A stretch of DNA of 52,217 bases from a virus (Duplodnaviria > Caudoviricetes), in IMG/VR virus record IMGVR_UViG_3300045284_000036, positions 1 through 52,217 of that record. One strand, written 5' to 3'. Below the pieces are notes generated by a model, which saw nothing but the letters and a program-made list of their open reading frames with translations, was not told the DNA's origin and searched no databases. The position numbers were made by a program, and so were the translations under genes. Shown one piece after another: positions 37,192 to 46,974 of this stretch. Every line of letters begins with the position of its first letter. Position 1 is the stretch's first letter.

Positions 37192-37797
37192 TTCTTCGCA
37201 AACTCCACAAATCAAATTTGCAGTAACTTTTGCCCATGCGTTTTGACCGCATTCCGGGCAGACGAACTTGAATTTTGAAGTCTTGCCCTTTTCCTTTTTG
37301 CTGGCAGTGACGATGTCACCAAATAACGTCATATCGTTCTTCTTTTGAAATGTCTCAAACGCCACGTCGAATTTGCCATCCTTGACGATGTAATGGCTGA
37401 CATAGCGTCCGGTCTCGGCCCCGCCCGGCTTAGCGGTATCGCTGGGATACAGCCCGATCTGCTTCATCATCGCCGCCCACTGCTTGTTGTGGTAGGCGTT
37501 CTTGGGCGGCTTGCCATGCTCCTGCTGAAGCTGATGGACCATTTCATGGGCCAGCGTTCCAAAGGTGTCCTTGGCCTTGCGCTCGCGGATATGCGACGGA
37601 TTGAGCGCAATTTCGTGGACGGTGGTCTTGCTGCCGTTCTGGCCGAAGCGGTCAGCGCAGAAGTAGCCATAGGCGTTGCGATGACGGTGCAGCAGGATCA
37701 GGCTTTCAGACAGTTTGTTATTGAACAGTTCCTTGTTGAAGAAATTGAAGGCGGCGCGAAGTACGTCGTAGGTTTCCATAGGTTTCATAGGTAGCTC
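37174..37797 (-). CDS. SprT-like zinc metalloprotease
   Basis: FNKELF..L, TLAHEMVH, YHNKQW and C-terminal CPECG...CGVC; start approximate. Confidence 0.85.
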   Translation of the reverse strand, partial: ELPMKPMETYDVLRAAFNFFNKELFNNKLSESLILLHRHRNAYGYFCADRFGQNGSKTTVHEIALNPSHIRERKAKDTFGTLAHEMVHQLQQEHGKPPKNAYHNKQWAAMMKQIGLYPSDTAKPGGAETGRYVSHYIVKDGKFDVAFETFQKKNDMTLFGDIVTASKKEKGKTSKFKFVCPECGQNAWAKVTANLICGVCEELMEEA

Positions 37798-37936
37798 CAT
37801 CGATTGCGATATCGCTACCGTATTCATTTTACATGGTACCGTCAACAACTATTTTGCGGTATTTAGGTAAGCATTAGGTGTATACATAAATACGTGTAAC
37901 AGTCAAGTCCTTCTCAACCCAAACGAGGAACTGGAT

Positions 37937-38671
37937 ATGGTTAACATCGTCAATGCAACCGCTCTGGGCGGTGGCTTCCGTCACTACAACGGTTTGGTGC
38001 CTGTGAACCTTGGCAGCGGCGATGTGGGCCATGCTTCGGTCAAGATTTTCCACGTCCCAGCTGCCAACGCAGCTGCAATCTTTCGTGGTGATATCGTCGT
38101 AATGGCTGGTGCGGCAATTGGCGTTCAGGGCGGCGGTGACATGCCTTACAATGTGACTGCGCCTTCCGCGTCGGTGGTGATTGGTGGCGGCGGCGGTACC
38201 GGTCTCGGCAATGCGTCGATGGCTCCAAATGTTACACGCTGGGTACCGGGCGACGTGGCAGCTACCAGCATTATCGCTGGCGTGGTTGTCGGCTTCGGTC
38301 CTATTACGCTCTACATGGCAAAGAACGGCTTCCAATACATTCCAGCGAACACTGAAGCATGGGTGGCTGTCGAAACAGATCCGCATGTTGAAATGTACGC
38401 GACCGTGCCGACTGTGCCGGGTACTGCGTTCAATCTTAATCTCAACTCAGGCGCAGACGTAAAAGCCAATGCTGGTCAGCAATCAGCACGCTTTGGCATT
38501 TCCGGTCTTTCACTTGATCCGGCTTTTGCTCTGACGGCTACGTTGCCTCTACGCATCATTAGCAGCGGCGAAGAAATCGGCAACGATCCGACTGCGGCAG
38601 GCTTCATTGCTAAGGTCACTTTCAACAAAACACGTCACTATCGCGGTACAGCTGGCTTCGTTGCTACGTAA
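37937..38671 (+). CDS. Putative capsid decoration / minor head protein
   Basis: GAGGA SD; GLVPV...AIFRGDIV...V.TDP pattern like genes that usually precede gpT-like capsids. Confidence 0.6.
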   Translation: MVNIVNATALGGGFRHYNGLVPVNLGSGDVGHASVKIFHVPAANAAAIFRGDIVVMAGAAIGVQGGGDMPYNVTAPSASVVIGGGGGTGLGNASMAPNVTRWVPGDVAATSIIAGVVVGFGPITLYMAKNGFQYIPANTEAWVAVETDPHVEMYATVPTVPGTAFNLNLNSGADVKANAGQQSARFGISGLSLDPAFALTATLPLRIISSGEEIGNDPTAAGFIAKVTFNKTRHYRGTAGFVAT

Positions 38672-38681
38672 GGAATAACCC

Positions 38682-39068
38682 ATGGCTGGCATCGATATTC
38701 TTAACCAGTTTCCAAATTCGAAAATGGCACAGGCTGTCGATCTGGGACAGTCGCGGTTCATGTCCACTGACAGCACGACTGCTATAACGCCTACGCAGAA
38801 GACTGGTACGGCTACGCTGACTGGCGTAGCTGGTAACACATCAACGGCGCAATTGGGGACTTTGTGCGGTCTCACCACTTCGTTTGCTACGATCATGCTT
38901 ACGATAACAACGTCAGTGGCGGGCGTTACGATCACTCAAGGCGGCGCTGCGAAAAAATACATGCAAGGTGAAAGTGCAACGTTTCAAAACGTTACTCTTA
39001 CACAAAACCAACTTCAGGTTTTCACTGTTACTGGTGACGTAGTGACGATCAATTATGTTGGGGTGTAA
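38682..39068 (+). CDS. Thr-rich virion protein
   Basis: AAGGA SD; beta-rich. Confidence 0.65.
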   Translation: MAGIDILNQFPNSKMAQAVDLGQSRFMSTDSTTAITPTQKTGTATLTGVAGNTSTAQLGTLCGLTTSFATIMLTITTSVAGVTITQGGAAKKYMQGESATFQNVTLTQNQLQVFTVTGDVVTINYVGV

Positions 39069-39073
39069 CTGCC

Positions 39074-39418
39074 ATGAACCCCGGAACCAACAACCTTGAT
39101 CTTTATCGGGGTGACACTAAGCGTTGGCAATTCAAGTTGTGGATCGACGTTGCCAGAACTCAGCCGGTCGATCTTACAGGCGTAGTTGCTAAGGCTACTA
39201 TTCGAGACAAGGCAGTTGGCGGCAGTTTTGAATTGCCGCTGACTTGCACTGTGACGGTACCAAACATTATCGACATGGTGTTGACTGCAAACCAGAGCAA
39301 TACGTTACCAGCAGTAGGTGTCTGGGACTTGCAGCTGACTTACCCTAGTGGTGATATCATTACACCACTAAAAGGCGCAGTGACTGTAACACAAGATGTA
39401 ACTTACGTTGCCTCATGA
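39074..39418 (+). CDS. Fibre-attachment (BppU-N-like) protein
   Basis: YRGDT...PVDLTG...IR...VWDLQL...G.V.V..DVT. Confidence 0.65.
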   Translation: MNPGTNNLDLYRGDTKRWQFKLWIDVARTQPVDLTGVVAKATIRDKAVGGSFELPLTCTVTVPNIIDMVLTANQSNTLPAVGVWDLQLTYPSGDIITPLKGAVTVTQDVTYVAS

Positions 39419-41853
39419 ACCAGATCACGACCATTGACGTATTCCTGAACGATGAAGTCACTGCTGTTGACGTTTTTCCTGAAAGTTCAATCGTTATTGT
39501 CGATGTACGGCCTGATACTCCGATCAGCATCATCGACATTAACCTTGAAGATAAAATCACTACCGTTGACGTACATTTTGATCCGTCAACGGTAGAGATG
39601 ATTGGTATCGCTGGTGTTGTCGGACCAAAGGGCGATCAGGGCATACAGGGGATACAAGGTGTCAAAGGCGATAAGGGCGACCAAGGTGATACTGGCCCTC
39701 AAGGGGCGCAGGGTGTCCAAGGCGTCAAGGGTGATAAAGGCGATAAGGGCGACAAAGGCGATAAGGGCGACAAAGGCGACCAAGGTGATACCGGAGACAC
39801 CGGACCCCCCGGAGGTCTAGGTGAAGCACCTGAAGACGGCGAAATTTACGGAAGATCTGACGGCGAGTGGGTTGAAATAGATACTGGCGGCGCGGCGGTG
39901 TTCTTGTCGGACACGGCACCAGCGGGTGCCGCAACTGGCAACCTCTGGGTCGAGACTGATACCGGCTTGATGTACGTCCGCTTCGATGACGGCACTAGCC
40001 AGCAATGGTTCGCGACTTCTGGCGCGACCAGTGGCGGTCCAATGGGGCCACAAGGCATACAGGGTATACAGGGCATACAGGGTCCGCAGGGTATCGCAGG
40101 CGCGTCTACTTCCCGGTTCTTTTATCGCAAGGACAACGCTACAACAGCTTCCAATCCGGGCGACGGCAGATACCGCTACAACAACACAATACAGGCGGCA
40201 GCGACTACCGTGCTGTATTTCAGCAATCTCACGCAGGATAATTTCGACGTAACTACGATGTTCGCGTTGGCAACGCTTGACGATGATATCGTTATTCAGG
40301 ATAAAAATTTAGCTTCGGATTACCAGCATTGGCGGATGATGGGACCGGCCATTCCGCATTCAGGTTGGTTTGAAGTACCGGTCGCGTATGTAGATGGCAG
40401 TGGTGTAGTATTTATCGGCAATCAGGATGTTGCCGTGCTGGTGCGTACTGTTGGTGAACAAGGCATACAAGGCCCTGTAGGTCCGCAAGGCCCTGTAGGT
40501 CCGCAAGGCATACAGGGAGAAAAGGGCGACATAGGCAACCCTCAACCGATTTATATCAGCGATACGCCGCCGCCTTCGCCTCTGGATAACATGCTGTGGT
40601 ACGAGAGCGACACGTCGATGTTGTTCTTGAGGTATCGTGACGTTGATGGCGTGCAATGGGTTTCGTTGCCCGGTGGTCCTGCTGACAGTGTGCGCTACGG
40701 TGCAGCACAGACGCTGTCAGCACCGCAGAAAACACAGGCGCAGACTAACATCGCAGCAGTCGCGTATGAAACGCAGACGTTAACAGTGCCGCAGCAAACG
40801 CAAGCGCGGCAGAATATCTACGCTGCTCCGCTTGATCTGATTGCACTGACTGGCATGCAGTACAACGGTTCAATAGAAGTGAACCAAGAGTTAGCAGGCG
40901 CGGCGCGTGCAACTGGCGGTCATATTGCTGATAGCTGGGAGCTATCAAACACTGGCACGATGGTTTTATCGGCGCAGCAAGTGGCCGACGCGCCGCCCGG
41001 TCTGATTTATTCGGCCAAGATAACAGCGACTACCGGACAGGCGGTGCTGGGTGCTAGCGATTACTGGACAATCATCCACCGGCTTGAAGGCATTCGCTGT
41101 GCGCGGTTGGCGTTTGGTACGGTGAACGCACAGCCATTGACGATAGGTTTTTGGGCTAAGTCATCGCGCACGGGCGTTTTTACTGGTTGCGTTCGCACTG
41201 CGACAACTATCCGCTCCTATCCGTGGACCTATAACATTAGTGCTGCGAATACTTGGGAATGGAAAACTGTTACGGTTCAGCCTGATCCAAGTACAGCACT
41301 TGATACTGGTATGGTACCAAGTTTGCATGTGTTGTTTACGCCAGCAGTAGGCGCGACACGCGCGGGACCGCCCGGCGCGTGGTCATCTAACAATCCGACT
41401 TATCTCGGCGCGACCGGTGGCGTGACTGCGATTGCGACCAACGAGACGTTTCAGATTACAGGGATAATGCTGTTGCCCGGCATTGAAGCGCCGCCAGCAT
41501 CACGGTCAGCATTGATTATGCGGCCTATAGATCAAGAATTGCTAATTTGTAAGCGTTACTTCTACAATGGCTGTCCGTCACTTCAAGGCGTTACCAACGG
41601 CAGCACGGCGTTATCCCGACTTTCGGGAAGTCATCCTGTAACAATGCGGATAGTACCAGCGTTAACGCTGGTTGCGGCCCTTCCGATTTTCGAAGGTGCA
41701 GTAGCTACAACGATAGCGTCGCTTGGTACTAATTACAGCACGATTTATGTTTTGGAGACTGAGGCAACTACTGCTGCTGCAATGACCGCTGGTCGAGCGC
41801 CAAAGACTTACCAAGGTAGCGGCGGTAATCTTTGGGTGAGCGCGAGGATGTGA
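39415..41853 (+). CDS. Tail fibre with collagen-like Gly-X-Y repeats
   Basis: Three GXY tracts, two SDT.P...LW.E.DT..L modules, C-terminal carbohydrate-binding-like region with ELLICKRYF. Confidence 0.85.
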   Translation: MNQITTIDVFLNDEVTAVDVFPESSIVIVDVRPDTPISIIDINLEDKITTVDVHFDPSTVEMIGIAGVVGPKGDQGIQGIQGVKGDKGDQGDTGPQGAQGVQGVKGDKGDKGDKGDKGDKGDQGDTGDTGPPGGLGEAPEDGEIYGRSDGEWVEIDTGGAAVFLSDTAPAGAATGNLWVETDTGLMYVRFDDGTSQQWFATSGATSGGPMGPQGIQGIQGIQGPQGIAGASTSRFFYRKDNATTASNPGDGRYRYNNTIQAAATTVLYFSNLTQDNFDVTTMFALATLDDDIVIQDKNLASDYQHWRMMGPAIPHSGWFEVPVAYVDGSGVVFIGNQDVAVLVRTVGEQGIQGPVGPQGPVGPQGIQGEKGDIGNPQPIYISDTPPPSPLDNMLWYESDTSMLFLRYRDVDGVQWVSLPGGPADSVRYGAAQTLSAPQKTQAQTNIAAVAYETQTLTVPQQTQARQNIYAAPLDLIALTGMQYNGSIEVNQELAGAARATGGHIADSWELSNTGTMVLSAQQVADAPPGLIYSAKITATTGQAVLGASDYWTIIHRLEGIRCARLAFGTVNAQPLTIGFWAKSSRTGVFTGCVRTATTIRSYPWTYNISAANTWEWKTVTVQPDPSTALDTGMVPSLHVLFTPAVGATRAGPPGAWSSNNPTYLGATGGVTAIATNETFQITGIMLLPGIEAPPASRSALIMRPIDQELLICKRYFYNGCPSLQGVTNGSTALSRLSGSHPVTMRIVPALTLVAALPIFEGAVATTIASLGTNYSTIYVLETEATTAAAMTAGRAPKTYQGSGGNLWVSARM

Positions 41854-42221
41854 TGGCGTATCAATATCCTAATTCCCCAACGATAGGAGATATGGCTAAC
41901 GGATACGTTTGGGATGGAGAAAAGTGGATTGCATCAAGCAATCCGGTAGCGGAAAATTTCGATACGCGATACGTCAATGTTACTGGTGATGCCATGAGTG
42001 GCAGCTTGACGCCAACCGTTACTGGCACGCTCAATCTTGGTTCAGCTTCGTTCCGCTGGGCAACGGTCTATACGTCTGACTTGGACCTTAACAATGGTGT
42101 TGGCGACTGGACTATTGTTGAAGGCGAAGATGATTTGTTCATCTACAACAACAAGAATGGCAAAGTGTACAAGTTCGCGCTCTATGAAGTTGCTCCTGCC
42201 ACAGCACCACTAAAGAGGTAG
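41853..42221 (+). CDS. Short fibre-associated protein (start MAYQYPNSP)
   Basis: TGATG coupling; YVNVTGDAMSG, LGSASFRW, WTIVEGEDDL motifs. Confidence 0.75.
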   Translation: MAYQYPNSPTIGDMANGYVWDGEKWIASSNPVAENFDTRYVNVTGDAMSGSLTPTVTGTLNLGSASFRWATVYTSDLDLNNGVGDWTIVEGEDDLFIYNNKNGKVYKFALYEVAPATAPLKR

Positions 42222-42223
42222 CT

Positions 42224-42769
42224 ATGGGTATCGATGTTGGTGGTTTCACGATAGCTGGTGTCAGCGGAACGCAAGCATTGAAGTTTGCCGGGTCTTCAGA
42301 TGCGTTCACCATCGACACCACTGGTCGTACCTACTACCCAAATCAAGTTGGGTTCATTGCAGGTTTTAATGTGGACAATGGCTGGACCGCGCAGACTGGT
42401 GCGGCATGGACTGCACAAAAATATTTCAATGGTGTCAGTCTTAACAAAGGTAGCGGCTACTTGGCGGGACGTTTCACCGCGCCAGCTACAGGCGCGTATT
42501 TACTGCATTGGACCGGCTACCAGTACAAGGCTTCTGCGGCAGTGGGTCATTACATCCATCCGCAGTTTTGGGTTAACGGTGGCGGCACGCCAACTTCTTA
42601 CCGTTTGCGAGGGTACTTCACACCGACAGGCTATGCATTCGTTGGCGAGATTGTCGATATCTTCCAGTTGAACGCTGGCGACTATGTCGAGGTAAACGTT
42701 TATTGCGCCGCTGCTGGTATCAGTCTCTATCAGTACTACTCCATGTTTGCTGGCTATTTGGTGGGCTAA
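42224..42769 (+). CDS. C1q-domain protein 1
   Basis: GRFTAPATGAYL...LNAGDYVEV...FAGYLVG. Confidence 0.8.
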   Translation: MGIDVGGFTIAGVSGTQALKFAGSSDAFTIDTTGRTYYPNQVGFIAGFNVDNGWTAQTGAAWTAQKYFNGVSLNKGSGYLAGRFTAPATGAYLLHWTGYQYKASAAVGHYIHPQFWVNGGGTPTSYRLRGYFTPTGYAFVGEIVDIFQLNAGDYVEVNVYCAAAGISLYQYYSMFAGYLVG

Positions 42770-43332
42770 TGGGCATCGACCTCAACAGCACGACACTAAT
42801 AAGCAGCGCCGGGTTGGTCGCCACCTTCAGCGGCAGCCAGATTATGAAGATGGGACCAACTGGCATCTTGCAACGCTACAATGCGGGTCAACCGATGTTT
42901 CGGGCGGGTGGCTCTGGTACTGCTGTTCAGACCAATGTTTCCGGCACTGTCAATACGTTTGCCACGGTCATCCTCAACGCCACCAACGTCAATGTCGGTT
43001 CGTGCTACAATACCAGCAACGGGCGCTTTACTGCGCCAGTCGCTGGTGTCTATTTGTTTACTGCGTCCACTTACTGCACTGGGACAGGCGCGGGCTGGCA
43101 TATCCATGCCATGTTCTATGTTAACAGCAGTGCCACTGCGCGTAGACCTTCTGGTCCGTTGTATCGCATTCACGGTCACGGACATACTACTGGCTACATC
43201 GATGACACCGAGAGCTTTGAAATCATAGCGCTGTCCGCAGGCGATTATGTAACTTTTGAGAACTACTCTGGTGGGTTCATCAACACTTACGTTTTGCAGT
43301 ACTCAAGATTTGAGGGGTATCTGTTAGGCTGA
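42769..43332 (+). CDS. C1q-domain protein 2 (start MGIDLNS)
   Basis: GRFTAPVAGVYLF...LSAGDYV...FEGYLLG; TAATG coupling. Confidence 0.8.
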   Translation: MGIDLNSTTLISSAGLVATFSGSQIMKMGPTGILQRYNAGQPMFRAGGSGTAVQTNVSGTVNTFATVILNATNVNVGSCYNTSNGRFTAPVAGVYLFTASTYCTGTGAGWHIHAMFYVNSSATARRPSGPLYRIHGHGHTTGYIDDTESFEIIALSAGDYVTFENYSGGFINTYVLQYSRFEGYLLG

Positions 43333-43892
43333 TGGGTATTGATATAGGAGGCAACGCGATCACGCAAGCTAGCTCAGTGCTCGCTATCAATACTGGCGTC
43401 AGTATGAGCCTGCTGTCGGCTGGCAGTGTGGTGCGGCCAAATCAAATTCAGTTTCAAGCGTATGGCAATCAAGTAACGACGTGGGTTAACTTCACTCAGG
43501 GCGCATGGAATATAATGCCGTTCCCCAATGTCGTCGTGAACATCAATTCTTGTTTCAACACTACTACCTCGCGCTTCACTGCACCGGTCACTGGAATGTA
43601 TTTCTTCCAAGCCAGTTGCTACATCCTCAAGGATGGTGCGAGCGATGGTTATTACTGGCACCCGGTTTTTTACGTTAATGGCGGGGCAAGTGGTTCGGTT
43701 AATACCGGCTATCCCAACTATCGTATCCGCAGCTATGGCGTTCCGGTTGCGAGCTATCACGATAGTCACATCACACAGGTCTACTTACTGAATGCTGGTG
43801 ATTACGTCGAACATATTTGTTATTCGAATGGTGCTCCAACCAATCGTTACCACACACCTTACCAGCGGTTCACTGGCTTCCTGTTAGGATAA
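43332..43892 (+). CDS. C1q-domain protein 3
   Basis: SRFTAPVTGMYFF...LNAGDYV...FTGFLLG; TGATG coupling. Confidence 0.8.
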   Translation: MGIDIGGNAITQASSVLAINTGVSMSLLSAGSVVRPNQIQFQAYGNQVTTWVNFTQGAWNIMPFPNVVVNINSCFNTTTSRFTAPVTGMYFFQASCYILKDGASDGYYWHPVFYVNGGASGSVNTGYPNYRIRSYGVPVASYHDSHITQVYLLNAGDYVEHICYSNGAPTNRYHTPYQRFTGFLLG

Positions 43893-43896
43893 AACA

Positions 43897-44187
43897 ATGG
43901 CTACAATCACAATTACAATTACAAATGATGAAATGCTGGCTTTGGAATACGTGGCAGTAGACCCAGTGGAGTGGGTCACCAACTTCACTAAGGTTCGCGC
44001 TGCTGCTGCCATGCAGGAAATTTACGAAACTGAAATGGCGCGAATGCTGGCAGACCCAGATATCAAGACCATTCCTGCCGACAAAAACGAAGTGATACGC
44101 GCTGCCAAAATTAAGAGTGCGGCAGCGCGTCAGAAAGAATTTTTGGCTAATCCTCCAATTCCGGCGGTGCCGCCCGATGGCGTTTAA
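43897..44187 (+). CDS. Small protein after the C1q genes (possible fibre chaperone)
   Basis: 96 aa; ALEYVAVDP.EW..N...RA. Confidence 0.65.
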   Translation: MATITITITNDEMLALEYVAVDPVEWVTNFTKVRAAAAMQEIYETEMARMLADPDIKTIPADKNEVIRAAKIKSAAARQKEFLANPPIPAVPPDGV

Positions 44188-44920
44188 CTTTCCAGACAGC
44201 CCGACTGATGGTCAAGTGTTCAATCAATGGACATGGAGCGCCGCGACCGGAGCATGGAAGTTAACACCGCCACCAGCCTATACAGCTGCGGAAGCTGACG
44301 CGCGATTTGTCAATGTCAGTGGCGACACGATGACAGGTCATTTGTCGTTGCCGATTACGCCAACTAATCCCAATGCGGTGCGCAAAGATTACGTTGATGC
44401 GGCAATTGCCGCGATCCCGCCCGCAGTCTTTTTTCCGGCTGGTACGGTAATGCTGTTCTATCAAGCCGCCGCGCCGACCGGCTGGACAACAGTAACGACG
44501 CACAACAACAAGGCTCTGCGAGTAGTTAGCAGCGGTGGCGGCGCTAGTGGCGGCACCAACGCCTTTTCCACAGTGTTCGCGCAAACCGTAACCGGCAATC
44601 ACACTAACTCAGCCGCGACACAAACCAACATGAACGTCGGTGTGTCGGGCACGGTGACGGTGTATCCGCTCGCAAATAGCGGCTACTATTACCACATCAT
44701 CGCTGGAGGCAACGCCCTCTCGCAAGATGTATGGGGTGGTAATCCATCCTATTCGAATTACGTATGTTATTTCTACCAAGCCGCTGGCACTCAGAGTTAC
44801 TACATGCAAGCCGGTAACAGCATGGCGGGCGCGACTAACAACGGCAGCGGCGGCGCGCACAATCACACAATAACGATGGCGATCCAGTATATAGATATCA
44901 TTCTGGCGAGTAAAAACTGA
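44177..44920 (+). CDS. Short tail fibre with collar-like domain (start MAFNFPDSP)
   Basis: FVNVSGDTMTG, AVRKDYVD, FPAGTVMLFYQAAAPTGW, QYIDIILASK. Confidence 0.78.
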   Translation: MAFNFPDSPTDGQVFNQWTWSAATGAWKLTPPPAYTAAEADARFVNVSGDTMTGHLSLPITPTNPNAVRKDYVDAAIAAIPPAVFFPAGTVMLFYQAAAPTGWTTVTTHNNKALRVVSSGGGASGGTNAFSTVFAQTVTGNHTNSAATQTNMNVGVSGTVTVYPLANSGYYYHIIAGGNALSQDVWGGNPSYSNYVCYFYQAAGTQSYYMQAGNSMAGATNNGSGGAHNHTITMAIQYIDIILASKN

Positions 44921-45219
44921 TGTTGGTTCCGCATGCCGCCAAGGGTCCGGTCTGTCCGCTGCACAAGAAAGACGTGAGTACGGTTTGCCACAAGTGCCCG
45001 TGGTGGACGCGGGTAGTTGGCAAGAACCCGCAGAGCGAAGAACTGATTGACGATTGGCGTTGTGCGGTATCGCTGCTGCCGATGCTGTTGATCGAGAACT
45101 CGCAACAGCAACGCGCGACTGGCGCGGCGGTCGAGACACTGCGTAACGGCATCGTAGATGCCGCCGAGCGAGCGACGAATATCAGGAGAATTGAGAGTGC
45201 GCGTAACAATCATAGTTGA
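44920..45219 (+). CDS. Cys-containing tail-associated protein
   Basis: CPL...CHKCPWW..V.GKNPQ...DDW.CA; TGATG coupling. Confidence 0.7.
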   Translation: MLVPHAAKGPVCPLHKKDVSTVCHKCPWWTRVVGKNPQSEELIDDWRCAVSLLPMLLIENSQQQRATGAAVETLRNGIVDAAERATNIRRIESARNNHS

Positions 45220-45628
45220 TGACAACACAGTTCATGTCGATGGCGTGAGCCGCACAGTCGATTGTACGCCGCTGCTGTCTGACAACATTCATGCTGTGCA
45301 GTGGAATACTGACCACGGCGAAATCGAATTTCGAAACACGGTGGATGTTGAGCAAGGTATTATCAATCGCGCACCGAATGAGTTTATTCGAGATTTTACA
45401 CCATACCAGTCCTACGTCGATGCGTGGGAGACCGAGAATGCCAAGCAGGAATTACTGGAATATACCGTTGAGCGAAAGCGAAAAGAAGATTGGGAAGCCG
45501 GGCAAGCTGAATTGAAGCGAGCGGAGGAAAATCCGCCGCCACCGATGCCAAGGCCCCCAATGGACGACAGGGTGGCTGATGCACTGGAAATGATCCTGCA
45601 ACGGCTGGAAAAGCTGGAGAAAGGATGA
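45197..45628 (+). CDS. Tail fibre assembly-like protein
   Basis: AGGAG SD before GTG; IHAVQW...GEIE. Confidence 0.65.
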   Translation: MRVTIIVDDNTVHVDGVSRTVDCTPLLSDNIHAVQWNTDHGEIEFRNTVDVEQGIINRAPNEFIRDFTPYQSYVDAWETENAKQELLEYTVERKRKEDWEAGQAELKRAEENPPPPMPRPPMDDRVADALEMILQRLEKLEKG

Positions 45629-45918
45629 TGGTTGAGGGTGCTAAATCGTGGCTAAAAGAAAATCAGACGCTGGTTTACTTCCTGATTGCACAGATGATCG
45701 CAATTGGCGCGGGCGCGGCGAGTAGCATCGCTTACATGGTTAAGCTGGAAACAAGAGTGTCGATCATGGAGGAACGCGGGGCGGCCTACACAGTGGGCCG
45801 CATGGATGAAATGAAAATAAAAATTGCCGTGCTTGAACATCAGATCGATGAAAACGAAGATCAGATCAAGCGTATTCGCGAGATTATGTTGCGAGACTTC
45901 GGCAAAACCCTGAAGTGA
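45625..45918 (+). CDS. Putative holin / membrane protein
   Basis: One TM segment plus coiled coil, directly upstream of the endolysin. Confidence 0.5.
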   Translation: MMVEGAKSWLKENQTLVYFLIAQMIAIGAGAASSIAYMVKLETRVSIMEERGAAYTVGRMDEMKIKIAVLEHQIDENEDQIKRIREIMLRDFGKTLK

Positions 45919-45929
45919 AGGAGGGTGTA

Positions 45930-46910
45930 ATGGGTTACAGCAAAATTTGCATTAGTTCAGGACATTCGACCAAATGCCAAGGGGCCGTTGGTGTCTTGAA
46001 CGAAGTTCAAGAGGCAACCAAGGTAACTGACCAACTTGCTAAAGATCTAAAATCGCGTGGCGTCGAAGTCTGGACCTTCCATGACACGGTTTCTGACGAC
46101 AGTTCAGAAAATTTAAATCGCATTGTTGATTGGCATAACAGCAAGACGCGCCAACTCGATATTTCGGTCCACTTCAATGCCAGCGACAGCCACACCGGTC
46201 ACGGCACTGAAGTTTGCTGGTACACACAAGAAAAACTGGCTGGCGAATTGTCGGCAGCGATTGCCCATGCCGGTCATCTGACTGACAGGGGTGCGAAGTA
46301 TCGCGATAATTTATTCGTACTCAAGAATACCAGTGCCCCCTGTGTCTTACTCGAAATCTGCTTTTGCGACCATGCCGACGACTGTGCAAAGTATCGTCAA
46401 AACTTTCTGGCAATCTGCACAGCAATGGCGGAAATATTGACTGACGGTGAAGTAATTGAACCGGTGCCGCCTGAACCAGAAGGCGAATATTTATTTGAGA
46501 CAACTGGAAAGTGTAGTTACTTCGGGGGACCAGATGATACAGGTGTTTCAGCTTCGGAGGGTTTGGCCTTTCATTTTACGCTCAACGAAGCCAACCAGCA
46601 TTTATTCTTGCCCATCCAACCTGTTGGAACGACTGGCTTGGCGCGAAGGCTCAATGCAAAAGGCGTCCACTACATCGCATGTAGATTTGACTACGACACC
46701 ACTCCTAAAGAAATGTTGGCAACTGATAAAATGGCGCTGGTAACTTCGGTCGCGACCGGCGTGTCTGCGACAGCTTTCTGTGCTGACTGGGGACCGCATA
46801 GCGACACTAAACGCGTTGCGGATCTAAGTCCCGCCCTCATGAGGGATTTGGGATTGGTGACGGACGACATTGTTGAAGTGGTGTACCCGTGGAATGGCGA
46901 GCCATGTTAG
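45930..46910 (+). CDS. Endolysin, N-acetylmuramoyl-L-alanine amidase (Amidase_3) plus C-terminal domain
   Basis: ISSGH, E, SVHFNA and LLEICF zinc-amidase motifs; AGGAGG SD. Confidence 0.9.
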   Translation: MGYSKICISSGHSTKCQGAVGVLNEVQEATKVTDQLAKDLKSRGVEVWTFHDTVSDDSSENLNRIVDWHNSKTRQLDISVHFNASDSHTGHGTEVCWYTQEKLAGELSAAIAHAGHLTDRGAKYRDNLFVLKNTSAPCVLLEICFCDHADDCAKYRQNFLAICTAMAEILTDGEVIEPVPPEPEGEYLFETTGKCSYFGGPDDTGVSASEGLAFHFTLNEANQHLFLPIQPVGTTGLARRLNAKGVHYIACRFDYDTTPKEMLATDKMALVTSVATGVSATAFCADWGPHSDTKRVADLSPALMRDLGLVTDDIVEVVYPWNGEPC

Positions 46911-46974
46911 TGATGCTAGCAAAGCTGTTCGCAAAAATACGACGCTGGCTCTTACGCAAGGAAGGAAAATCGTA

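Noticed and set aside
42224-43892. Diversity-generating retroelement acting on the C1q genes
   Set aside because: No reverse transcriptase and no template/variable repeat pair differing at adenines.
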